Source: the human T2T-CHM13v2.0 reference genome, Homo sapiens. From it: 64,000 nucleotides of DNA. The stretch lies in assembly GCF_009914755.1 (NCBI RefSeq), contig NC_060935.1; one strand, given 5' to 3'. Shown piece by piece: positions 23,831 through 57,468 of this stretch. Under the pieces are notes generated by a model that did not search any database, was not told the origin of the DNA, and saw nothing but the letters and a program-made list of their open reading frames with translations. Position 1 is the stretch's first letter; each line of letters starts with the position of its first letter. The translations under genes were made by a program, and so were the position numbers.

Positions 23831-26800
23831 ACTCACCAAGTTCCTAGTCCTACACAGCACAGAGTTACCTAAGGAGTGACAAAGAAACAAATTCTAGCCT
23901 GTATCCTCATGATACAGCTCTCATCACTTATTAGTGCATAAATATGTACTGAAAATATCAACATTTTCAGGCCAACTTCCTGAATAGGCTAAGGATGAAC
24001 TAACTGGAAGGAAATCATCTCCTTAGTAACCCTGACAACTCATAGATTAGGATCAGAAATCTAGACCTGAACCCAGGGTAGCCCTTCGGTCAAACTGCCA
24101 CATAAGTGATTAATTACTAACCAGGAAAGTGCCAAAAATACAGTTCCTATTAGTTTACCTTAACCCTCTACTGCAATTCTTTTACCCAATATAAAAAAGT
24201 TCAGAAGAAACATCTTGAGAGTCCTTTGTCTTAACAGTGCAATATAAAGGCACTTTCAAAGAAATACACTTAAACCATTTATAATCTTACAAGGTGTGGT
24301 GGAAACAGCAGCAGTCCAATTCCTAAAAATAAAAAATAAAAAAAACCGACCTTCCGACCTCCTGTTACTCAAGAGGAACAATAAAATACAGGTCACAAGT
24401 ACTGTATGACTCAGAAAACTGTGATGCAACCTCAGATTCCTACAGGATTCAGAAAGGGGAAAGAGTAGCTACAAATATCAATACCAAGAAAAAAATCAAA
24501 GGATCAGGATTACCAAACAACATTTCTATCAATTTCCAGGGACCTAAACACACTAACAGCTCAAACAAGAGAAAGCTTTACTGATGGGAAGAAGTCAGAG
24601 GGAGTAAAACAATTACACAATCTCTCTTTCATCTGAAGAAAAATATTTGCTGTTGCTTTAAAAGGATAAGGGACTTCTCTCCTGATATGCTCTTACCAGC
24701 CACCTGAGAAGAGATTTTACTCTGTTCCCTGTAAAGAACAAAGGGAGCTAAGTCAAACTGAAGTCACACAGGGCTGCTGATGAGGAGAAAATGCCAGTCA
24801 ATTGTGTTTTTCATTCCTCTTTTAAAAAGGAAGAAGAAACAAGTTTCCCAATCTGTCCCTTAAAGTAAAGCAGACTGAGACAAAGGTTACCAACAATAGT
24901 CTTTGTGATACCGTCACACAGTCCCCAAAATCAATTCTCAATCACCAAAAGCTTATCCAAGTAGAAGCAAAAGACATGGCTAGGATATGTACATAAGACA
25001 AATGCCGGTCAGGCATGGTGGGAGGCCAAGGTGGGAAGGTTGCTTGAGTCCAGGAGGTCAAGACTACAGTGAGCCATGATTGCACCGCTGCACTCTTCAG
25101 CCCAGGTAATAGAGTGAGACCCTGTCTTAAAAAAACAAACAAACAAACAAAAAGACAAATGCCAAGATTCCATCCCATTTCCACACACACATACTCCCAC
25201 TCCCAATAACATGACTGAGTACTCTCCAAAGGTGAGAAGGCAATCACCTTTCCAGATTTTCTCTATTTAATTCTAAGAGACAATTATATTTAACAACTAC
25301 TCATAAAAACCATCTAGAGAGTATGCCACAACCCAGTGGGAATTAGAAGTTAGATTTAGAGGTTCCTTGTGCAATCTGATTATCTTATGCCAGGAATTTT
25401 ACTCCACCTTCTAGCTATACGACTTTGGGGATACTTAACCTCTTTGAGGCTTCGTTTCCTCCTCTGTAAAACATGATCACAATGTCTGCTTCATAGGGTT
25501 GTTATGAGACTCCAAATAAGAAAACAGCTGTGGAAATATGAATCTTGTTTCTGTTGTTTTTATTACTATTGAATCCTCTCTGAGGTTCACTATGGTTTCC
25601 CTCACCAAACAATAGGGCCAACTGAAACCCCAGAGACACCACAATTCCCAAGAGTAGCAGATTTCTAAGAATTATGTCAAAGGCTGTTACCAGAAAACAA
25701 AGTAAAAAGTGCTCAGGGAGAAAATAAAGTATGTTTATGTGGCAAAAATAATTCATTGTGATTTGGGCTCCCTCTACATAGTTTAGTAAAGTGAATTAAA
25801 AACCAGAACCAACAATTTATAGCTGTATCTAAAACCTGACTAATAATTCATACCCCAAATCTTCCCCTTCCTATTGCATTTAGGAGTGTGATTCAGAAAC
25901 CTATAGACCTGCAAGAAGCTGTTAAAATGGAGTCCAATCTCCTTATTTATTTGAGTAACTGCATCTCTCTTCCACTTCACTATGCCCATGTGGGCAAAGT
26001 CTAAGAGTCAAACCAACCATGTAATACTGACATATATTCCATAACTTGATTTAACCCAAGGATATAATTATTTTTTAAAAAATCCTTTAAATACTAATTC
26101 TAAGACCACTTGCATAAGTAAAGTTCACCCAAATGGAAAATTAACTACAAAATTTCAGGCTTTTAATTAGAAGCCTAAAACTGCCCCAGTACTCTTTGGA
26201 AACTCCATATGGATGGAAATACACAGGGTTTTCTACGACTGGCAGCTTTGTTTTTATTAATAGGACTTTCCTACGGCCATTTCAGGATACTTCAAGTAAC
26301 ATCATATAGAACCAAAGTTCAAACTGTAAGCACCACAAGCCAGCACCCACACCTGACTCCATACAGCTCTTGTGTGACTCTTACACTAGACTGAATTTAC
26401 AGGGGTACAGAGAATGTGGGGAAAAACATCATAAATTTAGAACAGTAAACAACACATTCCCGAAGGCAAACACACCTAGAAGCAGAAAAACTCCAACTAT
26501 TCCCTGAATTGTGTATCTATTGTGTGCAAAAGATATCCAAGGATATGGCAAAGTGCTAACTGGTTAACTCTAGATGGAGAAGTCATGAGTGATATTTATT
26601 TTATTGTTATTATCCATAACATCCAAATTACAGTCAATATGTATAGTCATATATATGGGCCCCGCAGTCAGAATGGTTGATTGAATTCCAGCTCCATCCT
26701 TTTCCTGGTATATGATGGTATCTTGATTTCTAGGAATAGTTACTTAACCTGACTGTACCTTAGTTTCCTCATCCATAAAATGTGACTATTGATAGTATGT

Positions 26801-26890
26801 ATATCACAGGGCTACCACAAGGATCAAAATATTTACCATATGAAAAATGCTTATAGTAGAATAATAGCTTCATTCTGTAATGAAGAATTA

Positions 26891-27414
<524 letters not shown>

Positions 27415-27697
27415 CTAAAAATAAAAAGTTTAGGCCACAAAGCCCTGTAAACAGTCAGACAAATTAAATTTAAAACAAATTCTTCTAGGCAAAATGAGAC
27501 CGTCCACTGTAGAGGTCTCCAAACCATTTCATATAAAAGATCTTACCACTGTCACCTTTTTAAAAACAAAAAATAAAACCAGCCAGGCACAGTGGCTCAC
27601 ACCTGTAATCCCTGCCCTGGGAGGTTGAGGTGGGAGGATTGTTTGAGTCCAGGAATTCAAGATCAGCCTGGTCAACATAGTGAGACCCCTGTCTCTA

Positions 27698-27913
<216 letters not shown>

Positions 27914-28019
27914 CTACTGGAGAGGCCGAGGCAAGAGAATCACTTGAACCCAGGAGGTGGGGGTTGCAGTAAGCCCAGCTTGTGCCACTACACTCCAGCC
28001 TGGGCGACTGAGCAAGACT

Positions 28020-28308
28020 CAGAGAGGACCTGCATGATAAGATACCATGTGGAGAGAGAGAAGCCACGTGGAAGACTATCAAGATACCAAGCAAATGAGT
28101 GAAACCTTCTTAGACCTTCTAACCTAGCCCAACCACCAGCTGAAAGCAGACGCACAAAGCACAACTGATGTTACACAGGGGAGAAGGACCATCCAGACAA
28201 GTCCTGCCCAAATTCCTAACCTGAGTAATTATGAGACAAAATAAATCTTTATTGTTTTAAGCCACCAATTTTGTGGTGGTTTTTGTACATCAATAGATAA
28301 CTAAAACA
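28020..28308 (+). mobile_element. MLT1-type (ERVL-MaLR) LTR 3' part
   Basis: cctgcccaaattcct...aataaa...ttgttttaagccac...tggtttttgtacatcaatagataactaaaaca terminus. Confidence 0.7.
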
Positions 28309-28417
28309 CTACTAACCTAATATCACCGGGCGCAGTCGCTCACACCTGTAATCCCAGCACTTTGGGAGGCCGAGGCAGGCAGATCACGAGGTCAGGAGTG
28401 CGAGACCAGCCTGATCA

Positions 28418-28632
<215 letters not shown>

Positions 28633-29092
28633 CTACCTACCTAGTATCTACTAATATCTAGCTGACAAATATCAAGAATTTTCTACAGAAAACCCACTAT
28701 CTGCTCAATACTCTAACAAGAAGTTTTTCTGAAAATATGGAAATTAATAAATTTAGGTAACCAAAGATATCTCAAAATAAATTTATTTTATCACACTGGT
28801 GATCCTTTCTTAGGACTCGTTCTTCCTAAGTAGATTATAAACTCTGTGAGGGCAAAAAACATGTCTGTCATAGTCCCAGTACCTAGCACAATGTCTAGCG
28901 TAGAAGAGCATGAGTATGTGTATTTACTTATATTCAGAGTTGTGAAAAGATCCCAAATGAACCCAAAACTATCATAAACAGCAACATCTAGAGTTTTAAA
29001 AAGTGTGGTGGTTATGAGTTCAAAGTCATAAATTCAATTTCTACAAGTCAAATACCTTAAAAAGAAAAACCTAAGCCGGGTGCAGTGGCTCA

Positions 29093-29422
<330 letters not shown>

Positions 29423-31240
29423 TCATTTCATTACGCACATGTCATTGATCACGAGAGGGCCAGGCAAGAGAGTAAGCAAAGGACTAATCCATCACTACCT
29501 CAACTATAAGTAGGGAAGAAGAAAGAAAAATAACCTCAAAAATGGCAGTAAAATTTTTTTAATCCTCCTATTTGAAACACAGAATATTAAGAACAAAGTA
29601 CAGAGACAGTGGATATTCTGATAGCAGAGATGAGAATATGGGATATTACACCTTTCGAGCTTGAGAATACTAAATACAAAACCTTCATCCTAATTTACTC
29701 CCTAAGAAAGCTGATCCTGCAATCTGGGGATATAGGAGTATCAGTCAAGTTTATAACAAGAATCAGTGATTTAATAAATAAAGATAAGACTAAGAGGTAA
29801 GAAGCTTTAATAACTGATTTTTATCGCTGGCTTGTTATATAATCTTGGACAAATCATATCCTCGCTGAATTTCAAGTTTTCCTCCAATATGTAAACTGAA
29901 AGTAATAATACCTTCCTTCTATCTTAAAGGAATAAAATCCTTGGAGAATCTTAGGGGAAATGGGTTATAAAATTTCAAGACAAGATTATTACTTTTCAAA
30001 GTAAAACTCAAGATAGAACAATAACCAGAGTATGTGATAAACAGAAGTTCACACAAAGAAGTCTCGCACCTACAGTTCTAAGAGAAAGATTGCAAAGGAA
30101 ACTACAGTGATTATAAAAAGCCACAGATTACATTATCTCTAATTAACCACCTGACAAATTGAAAACAAATAATTCAACAGAACTAAGATCAATCAATTAA
30201 AATTATACACAGTCCCTTTCTTTATAAGAAGCCAAAATCCCAGAAATAAACTGTCAACAGACAGAACCTGCACCTCTACTGCACACAGGCAGCAGCATTA
30301 GTTTTTTATATATAAACTCAAAATAAGACCGACCTCTGTATAGGATATATCACAAATGGGCTAACAATTTTACAAAATGTTTTGAAGATACAAAACTGAG
30401 TAAATTCTAATTACTGTAACTATAATAAGGGGGGAGAAGTGAAGCACCAGCTTTCCTGCTACAGATTTTGCTTACTAGAGCTTTCTAAAGTAACTCACAA
30501 TGATGCTGCCTAATGTCTGAAACACGGGAAAGCTTGTGCTCAAAACAAAGTGTGATCAAAACCGGAAATAGAAAGCAATAAGACCCAAATTTGAGACTGA
30601 CAATTTTCCTTACTCCCACTTACCTCAGAAGGATGAAGAAAAAAGAAACGGAAGTTTTATCTGCAAATTATTCTGGAGAAAACAGTGTGCTGAGAACACA
30701 AGAACTCCTAAAAACGGAAGGAAGAACAAGGAGGAAAGCACTAAACCAAGAAGAAACTGAAGCTCAATTTTTTGGTTTCAAGCTATCAAAAGAATCAAGA
30801 AGACCAAGAAGGCTACTCTTAAATGTACAGAAATGGCAAAAGATTTCCTATTAGCAAGCAACAAAAAAAGAGTAGCTTCTGATGGAAGAAATTTCAGAGG
30901 CAAAACAGCTTAACCCCAGAAACGGAAACTGAAACCAGCTGCCTCAAACAGACCTAATGACTTTGGCAACAATATACCTTTCATCCACCAACAATATCAG
31001 GAGGCTGGAGTAGGGCCGATTTCAAATCATAAAGGATCACATCTTTCTATTCTCTGCATAGTCTTTGAGAAAGAATCCAACTCCTTCCTGGGAGCACCAC
31101 ATTGCCCCCAATTCTTCCTGGAAACCCCTGGAGCTACAGCAAGAATATTGTTGGGCCAGGCGCAGTAGCTCACACCTGTAATCCCAGCACTTTAAGAGGC
31201 CAAGGCAGGTGGATCACCTGAGGTCAGGAGTTCGAGACTA

Positions 31241-31458
<218 letters not shown>

Positions 31459-31989
31459 TCAGAAAAAAAAAAAAGCTTTGAGAACATTAACCCAGGAATC
31501 TTCACAAGTCCTAGGACAGATGTGATTACTCATCAGACAAATAAGAAAAACAAAACCTGGAAGAGGTTAAGAAATTCATCTAGATTCACAGATGAGTCTG
31601 GAGCCAAAGCAGGATTTGAATTCAGGCTTTTCCTTCAGATAGTACCAGAGCTACACTCCCAGTCCTTGCTTGGCTTAGTAGATACTGTGTTCAGTGTTTT
31701 CCAATCTTATAGTCAGCCCAGGTCAGGTTCTTGGCTGACTAAAATAGGGAAAGAAAAAATTTCCCTCGAGGCTTCAAGAAAAGAAGTCAAATTATTAAAC
31801 ACAGAGTTCTTATGCTAAAAGGCCGACATGCCACCCTACCATGCCAATCACATTTCTTAGCCAATCAAAAGAAGGCATTAGATTTAAGAACCTAGTTATT
31901 TAAATCTGAGTAGAAGCTGGATTCCATTTCCCCAACTTTCCAAATAAAGAACACTTAAAGATGGGGAAGGATGTAAAAGCACTGATAAA

Positions 31990-32720
31990 TAACCAACAAG
32001 CATTGATTAAGCAGGTATTATGTTGGCACTGTTCTAGGCACTGAGGATACTATAGTAAAGAAGAACATTCTTGCCCCCCAAAAGCTTATGTGATTTTTAT
32101 ATAATTAAATATTAACAATACTTTCAAGTACTGAAAAAGGCTAGAAAGAAAATATGGCAGGTGAAAGAAAACAACACACCCTTTTACCTGGGGTGGCCAG
32201 AGAAAGCCTCTCTGAGATGACATTTGAGTTAAGACTGGCATCTTGAAATAGAAACCTTGAGAAAAGAGGCAGGTGAAAAAAATATTTCAAGGAGGATGAG
32301 GAGTACCAAGTACTAAGGTCCCTAACAGGTAAGCTTAGCGCATGTGAAGGCCGGAAATAAGGCCAACATGGCTGGAGCACCACTAACAAGGAAGAGAATA
32401 AAGACAGGTTGGTACTAGCAGACCATGATAAAATTTGGATTTTATTAAGTGTAATGGGTTACTATTAGAGGATTTTAGCTAAGGAAATGACAAGATGATG
32501 GGAATTTGGGCCAGGGTTATAGCAATATAAGAGATGAATAGTCATACTCAGAATATATTTTGGAGAAACAGCTAAGGGAATTACAGATGCATTGTATTTG
32601 AGGTGTGAGAGAGAAATGAAGAGTGATTCCTAAGTTTTGGGCCTAAGTCCCAAGTGGATAGTGGAGACACTTATTGAGAAGGGTTCTACTATATGTGTTA
32701 TGTTTGCGGGTGGGGGAGCA
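31990..32720 (-). mobile_element. L2 fragment
   Basis: caacaagcattgattaagc...ctaggcactgaggata...aaagcctctctgagatgacatttgagtt. Confidence 0.6.
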
Positions 32721-32822
32721 GATTAAAGGGATAAATCAATAGTTTAGGATCACTTTCTATTTTTCTATGAATATGAGCCTGAGAAAATATGAATTCAAGA
32801 GAAACTTAAATTTTTCCTATAA

Positions 32823-33056
<234 letters not shown>

Positions 33057-33898
33057 TAGCCAAGCTGGTCTCAAACTCCTGACCTCAGGTGATCTGCCTG
33101 CCTTGCCATCCCAATGTGCTGAAACTACCGTGCCTGGCCTGCTTCCTATTCTTAAATAATTATACATAACATTTGAGAGTCAAGCAAGGTAGATCACACC
33201 TGTAACCCAGCTAACTCAGGAGGCTAATGGAGGAGAACTGCTTGAGGCCAGGAGTTCAAGACCAGCCTGCAACATAGAGAACATAGACCTCATCTCTTTT
33301 TTTTGTTTGTTTTTGTCAACCAGGCTGAAGTGTAGTGGCAGGATCTCAACTGAACTGCAGACTTGACTTCCCAGGAGTAAGTGATCTTCCCATCTCGGCC
33401 TCCCCAGAAGCTGGGACTACAGGTGTATATAACTACGCCCCAGTAATTTTCTTTATTTTTTGTAGAGACAAGGTTTCACTATGTGCCCAGGCTGTTCTCA
33501 AACTCCTGGGCTCAAGGAATCCTCCCACCTCAGCCTCCCAAAGTGCTGGGATTACAGGCATGAGCCACACGGCACCCTGATGAGAAACCTCATTTCTTTA
33601 AAAGAAACCATCAGCCAGGTGCAGTGGCTCATGCCTGTAATTCCAGAACTTTAGGAAACAGAGGCGGCCAGATCACTTGAAGTCAGGAGTTTGAGACCAG
33701 CCTGGCCAATGTAGTGAAACCCCGTCTCTACTAAAAATATGAAAATTAGCTGGGTATAGTGGTGCACACCTGTAATCCCAGCAACTCGGGAGGCCGAGAC
33801 AGGAGAATTCACTTGAACCTAGGAGACGGTAGTTGCAGTGAGCCAAGATCACACCACTGTACTCCAGGCTAGTCTGGCAACAAAGCGAGACTGTCTCA

Positions 33899-34243
<345 letters not shown>

Positions 34244-36264
34244 TTAAGTACATGGCAGAAAAATCCCAGTATTAAAAAAAAAAAAAAGAGAAATCCCAGT
34301 ATGTATCCAATTACATATGAACTGATAAAGACAAGTGATAGAATATAACACATATATATACACTTAAAGCAACATATTATCTAATATTCATTGAACATTT
34401 GCTACACACTTGGTAGTGCTAAACACTTTATCTCACTTTTTCCTCACAATGATACTATGAAGATGGGTACTGTTATTCCCATTTCACAGATCAGAAAACC
34501 AGGCATAAAGAGGCTAAATGATTTACCTAAGTGAAGGAGAGATTCAAAATCAAATCTGTTGCCAAATGAGCAGTATTGTATAGTGCTCTAACCATTATAC
34601 AATACTGCTTCTATAAAATACAGAAAAAGAAAAAAAAAAGCTCTCTTCATGTCCTCACACCTAGAAAGTCATAATTAGAAAGAGCTGATTCAAGAGATGA
34701 GGAGAGGGAGAAAGAATTAGTAAATCTGAATGAATCTGAGTCAGAACACAGTGACTCATGCTATAACCTTGGACAAATTCTATAATATCCATGCCTCAAC
34801 CTATCTATCTAAAGAAGGAGCGAACCTCACTGGAGGTTAACTATTATTTGCCTCCTAGTGGGCTATGAATATTAATTAGTATTTGTAATATATACACAGA
34901 TCATCAGATGAGACAAGGAAAACTATACATTATTATTTCTTCGATATCTACAGCAAAGCACCAGAAATCACGGTAAATAAGTTATGTGCACCAAGAATGT
35001 AGAGTGTGAGTACTCTACAAATAAATCATGGCCAGGTGCAAAGGCTCATGCCTGTAATCCCACCACTTTAGGAGGCCAAGGCTTGAAGATCACTTGAGTC
35101 CAAGGTTCGAGACCAGCCTGGGCATCATGGCAAAACCTCATCTCTACAAAAAAATATAAAAATTAGCTGGGCATGGTGGCATTCGCCTGTAGTTCCAGTT
35201 ACTCAGGAGGCTGAGGTGGGAGAAATCACTTGAGCCCAGGAGGCGAAGGTTGCAATGAGCCGAGATTATGCCATTGCACTCCAAGCCTGGGAGACAGAGA
35301 AAAATTCCCTCTAAAAAAAAAACGAAAAGGAAAAAGAACCACATAATTTGTCATTTTACTTCTGTTTTCCTTTTTTTTTAAATTAAAAAAATCAATATAC
35401 ATCACATGAATCAGCAACTGCATGCTTGGGCATTTATCCAGAAAAATGATAACTTATGTTCAGACAAAAACTTGTTATCAGCTGGGTGCAGTGGCTCACA
35501 CCTATAATCCCAGCACTTTGGGAAGGTGAGGTGGGCAGATTGCTTGAGCCCAAGAGTTCAAGACCAGCCTGGGCAACATGGCAAAACCCTGTCTCTACAT
35601 AAACCAAAAAAATTAGCCGGGTGTGGTGGCATGTACCTGCGGTCCCAGTTACTTAGGAGGCAGAGGTGGCAGGATCACTTCAGCCTGAGAGGCGGAGGTT
35701 GCAATGAACTGAGATCACGCCACCATACTCCAACCTGGGCTCAGAGCCAGATCATGTCTCAAAAAAAAACGTGTATAAAAATGTTAACAGCAGTTTTATT
35801 CATAGTAGCCAAAAAATTTATAAAAATTCAGATTTTTTTTTTCAGAAGGGGTCTCCCTCTGTCGCCCAGGCTGGAGTGGGTAGCATGACCAATCTTTGCT
35901 CACTGCACCCTCCACCTCCCAGGCTCAAGTGATCCTCCCACCTCAGCCACCCAAGTAGCTGCGCCCACAGGTGTGTGCCATCACATCGGCTAATTTTTTT
36001 TGTATTTTTCGTAAAGACAGATTGCCCAGGCTGGTCTCAAAGCAATCTGCCAGCCTCAGCCTCCCAAAGTGCTGGGAACACAGGTGTGAGCCACCATGCC
36101 CAGCCAGATGTCTTTCAATGGGTAAAGGATTAAACAAACTACAGTACATCCAAACCATGAAATACTGTGTAGCAATTAAAAAGAGTGGAATTGGTCAGGG
36201 CGCTAGCTCACACCTTTAATCCCAGCACTCTGGGAGGCTGAGGAGGGTGGATCACCTGAGGTCA

Positions 36265-36495
<231 letters not shown>

Positions 36496-36984
36496 CTATT
36501 GATAATATAACTTGGATGAATCTCAAGAGAATTATGCTGAGTGAAAAAGGCCAATCCAAATGGTTACATTCTATATAATTCCATTTATACAACATTCTTA
36601 AAATGACAAAGAGAGACATTAATGGTTGAAAGATTACAGACGGGACCCGGGGGGTGAGGATTGAGCTACCTAACCCCTGAAGGCATTCTCCCTGGATCTT
36701 CTGGGCAAAGCTTCATTGCAACTTTATCCACTGTGAAACTCCCTTTGCAAAAATTGTAACAGTAAGAAAAGCATGACAGTGAAAAAGATCTGACCTAACC
36801 AATCCATCTTGCCTTTAACTGCCCTTGGTCATTCCTGTGCGTAGGACAAGCTAACTTTGGGAGAAATTTAGTTTACAGTTTAAATGATAATAGCCCTTCT
36901 TAAAACTAAACCGCCATTGTAAAACTAATAAAAGGCCCCAAGTTTAGGATTATGAGAGGGGCCTGAACTCTGCTAAAATGTAAG

Positions 36985-43485
<6,501 letters not shown>

Positions 43486-43720
43486 CTCAGTCCATGCATT
43501 TTTCCTGCTGTACCACACTCCCTAAGGGCAGAATAACTGCACTGCACATGTGGCTGTGTTATCAAGTCACTTCAAACTTTGACATAATTTCCAGACTGGC
43601 AGTTATGTAATTTAGCCATCTTTTCAATCTTTAGATTGGTTTAGCTAATTTTCTTTTATGATTCCTCAAATGAGTGGTCTTCCAGGGTTTCTCTTTTTAA
43701 AGAAGCAGAATCCTTTTTCT

Positions 43721-44757
<1,037 letters not shown>

Positions 44758-45234
44758 TCATCCTTACTCTCATGGCCAACTCTTGGGCACCTCCAAAGAA
44801 TACTTTGAAAAATACTGGTTTAAAACTGAAGACTCTGCTTTCTCCATCTCAGCTCTACCATTTGCCAGCTGTATAACCTTTGACAAAAAACAATGTTTCA
44901 CTTTTTCAAACAATGTTTCACTTTCTCTCATCCTTTACAGGTTTGTTACAAATATTACATGGAAGAATAAATGTAAAACTCCCTATACACGGTTCACATT
45001 CAAAAGTTAGTTTCCTTCCTCTTTATCTACAGTGTTAATAGTTGTTGCCAATTCAAGAAAGCTCAATAAATATATCTGAAGATATTCTTGGCAGCAGAGA
45101 AGTGAACAAGTAAATGCTCCCATAGTTCAACTAGCATAAACAAACCTAATAAATCCTTCATTAAAAGTACCAGTGGTATCAGTAACTCCCTCTTAGTCCT
45201 TTTGGGCTGCTTTAACAAAATACCAAAAACCACT

Positions 45235-52620
<7,386 letters not shown>

Positions 52621-52629
52621 TTAAGAATC

Positions 52630-52870
52630 AGTATAACTTAGAGGTTAAGAGCAGGGGAATGTGGAGCCAGGTTGTTTGGACGCGAATCCTGGTTCTGCCA
52701 TTTGCTAGCTATATACCTTGGGCAAATTGCTTAATTTCTCTGTGCCACAACTGCTACATCAATAAAATGAGAAGAATAAGAGTACTTACGTCATAAGGTT
52801 GTTAGTTGGAATGAAAAGAATCAATGCAAAGCGCTTACTACAGTACCTGGCACAAAGCATTCAATAAGGA
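52630..52870 (+). mobile_element. MIR
   Basis: gaatcctggttctgccatttgctagctatataccttgggcaaattgcttaatttctctgtgcc core. Confidence 0.75.
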
Positions 52871-53085
52871 CTGGTTCTGATCAGAACCAATATTTGCTAG
52901 ATAAACAAAAGTCTGAAAAGGTACGAATTGAGATGCAGAATCACAATCAAGAAATAGTTGTAAAAGGCCTCACAGGGATATTTCATAACTCAAAAAAAAA
53001 AAAGCCATAGTACATAATACACAGCATTATGGTATCCTCACTGCCTACTGAAGGAATACACATGCAACAAACATTTATCAAATGA

Positions 53086-54613
<1,528 letters not shown>

Positions 54614-54649
54614 CAAATGAATGACTGAAAAATACACACTCTGCTATAA

Positions 54650-54949
<300 letters not shown>

Positions 54950-55107
54950 TGAAACCCTGTCTCTACTAAAAATACAAAAATTAGCTGGATGAGGTGGTGG
55001 GTGCTTATAAACCCAGCTACTCAGGAGGCTGAGGCAGGAGAAACGCTTGAACCTGGGAGGTAGAGGTTGCTGAGATCACACCACTCACTGCACTCCAGCC
55101 TGGGCGA

Positions 55108-55430
55108 CTGTGCTCTCTGTGCTCTCTGAAACATGTGCTGTGTCCACTCAGGGTTAAATGGATTAAGGGCGGTGCAAGATGTGCTTTGTTAAACAGATGC
55201 TTGAAGGCAGCATGCTCGTTAAGAGTCATCACCACTCCCTAATCTCAAGTATCCAGGGACACAAACACTGCGGAAGGCCGCAGGGTCCTCTGCCTAGGAA
55301 AACCAGAGACCTTTGTTCACTTGTTTATCTGCTGAGCTTCCCTCCACTATTGCCCTATGACCCTGCCAAATCCCCCTCTGCGAGAAACACCCAAGAATGA
55401 TCAATAAAAATAAATAAATAAATAAATAAT
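55108..55430 (+). mobile_element. 5'-truncated SVA, SINE-R (HERV-K LTR-derived) 3' end with (TAAA)n tail
   Basis: Diagnostic ctctgaaacatgtgctgtgtccactcagggttaaatggattaagggcggtgcaag...gagaaacacccaagaatgatcaataaa. Confidence 0.92.
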
Positions 55431-55537
55431 TCCAAAAAAAAAACGCTGGGCATGGTGCCTCACACTTGTAATCCCAGCACTTTGGGAGGCCGAGGCAGGT
55501 GGACCACGAGGTCAGGAGATCGAGACCATCCTGGCTA

Positions 55538-55843
<306 letters not shown>

Positions 55844-55883
55844 TTATAATTGGAAAATAACAATAATTTTTTTTTTCTTTTGA

Positions 55884-56081
<198 letters not shown>

Positions 56082-56263
56082 TGAACTCCCAACCTCAGGT
56101 GATCCACCCGCCTCAGCCTCCCAAAGTGCTGGGATTACAGGCATTAGCCACTGCACCCAGCCGAAAATAATAATGATTTTTAAAACTGGACGCACTGGCT
56201 CACACCTGTAATTCCAGCACTTAGGGAGATCGAGGTGGGCAGATCACTTGAAGCCAGAGTTCA

Positions 56264-56476
<213 letters not shown>

Positions 56477-56699
56477 TTAATTAAAAATAAAGATCCATCT
56501 TTTTACTTTTTTTTTCCTAGCTAGGATTTGAACCTATATCCTTTTACTTTATTTTGAAGGGTACTGTGGGGAAAGAGGGACAAATATGCTGTTTTAACTT
56601 CCTATTCCCTATTAAAGTTTTCCCAAAGCATCTAAACTTCAATCTAAGAATCATTATCATGTGTTCTTTTGGAAAACTTTATTTTGTTATAATAACATT

Positions 56700-56910
56700 G
56701 TTACTAACAACTGGCATATACAGCACCTAGTGCTGTTCTAAATGCTTTATACATATTAACTAATTTAGTTCTTACAACAACTGTATGGTATTTTACAGAT
56801 GAGGAGAGGCACAGAGAGACTAAGTAACTTGCCCAAGTTGTATAGCTAGTAAGCAGGGGTGCTGGAATTTGAACCAGGCTGCTTGGCTCCAGGACTCAGT
56901 GCCACTATGC
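56700..56910 (-). mobile_element. MIR
   Basis: ttttacagatgaggagaggcacagagagactaagtaacttgcccaag. Confidence 0.7.
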
Positions 56911-57219
56911 TGCTATTCAAAAGTCTGGGGAGAGATATTTTTCTGTCCTGTTTTCAGTGGTCGCCTAGAATAAAATACTCCAATTTTCTCTGCAAATCAA
57001 ATGTGCTTATTAATCCTCTCCAACTCAGCAAAATTTCAGATGCTTCATTATACTATAGGTATATATACCTGTGATCTATTCTAGAGAGTAGAAATAAGTG
57101 ATGAAATCATGAAATATAAAATTTGCTTCAGCTCATTTTAAAGAAACACAACTTCAGGTCAGGCACAGTGGCTCCCGCCTATAATCCCAACATGTTGGGA
57201 GGCCAAGGTGGGCAGATCA

Positions 57220-57468
<249 letters not shown>

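Noticed and set aside
34737-34758. Two AP-1 sites (TGAGTCA, TGACTCA) 15 bp apart
   Set aside because: Short motifs in a degenerate MIR-like context with no other support; could be chance.
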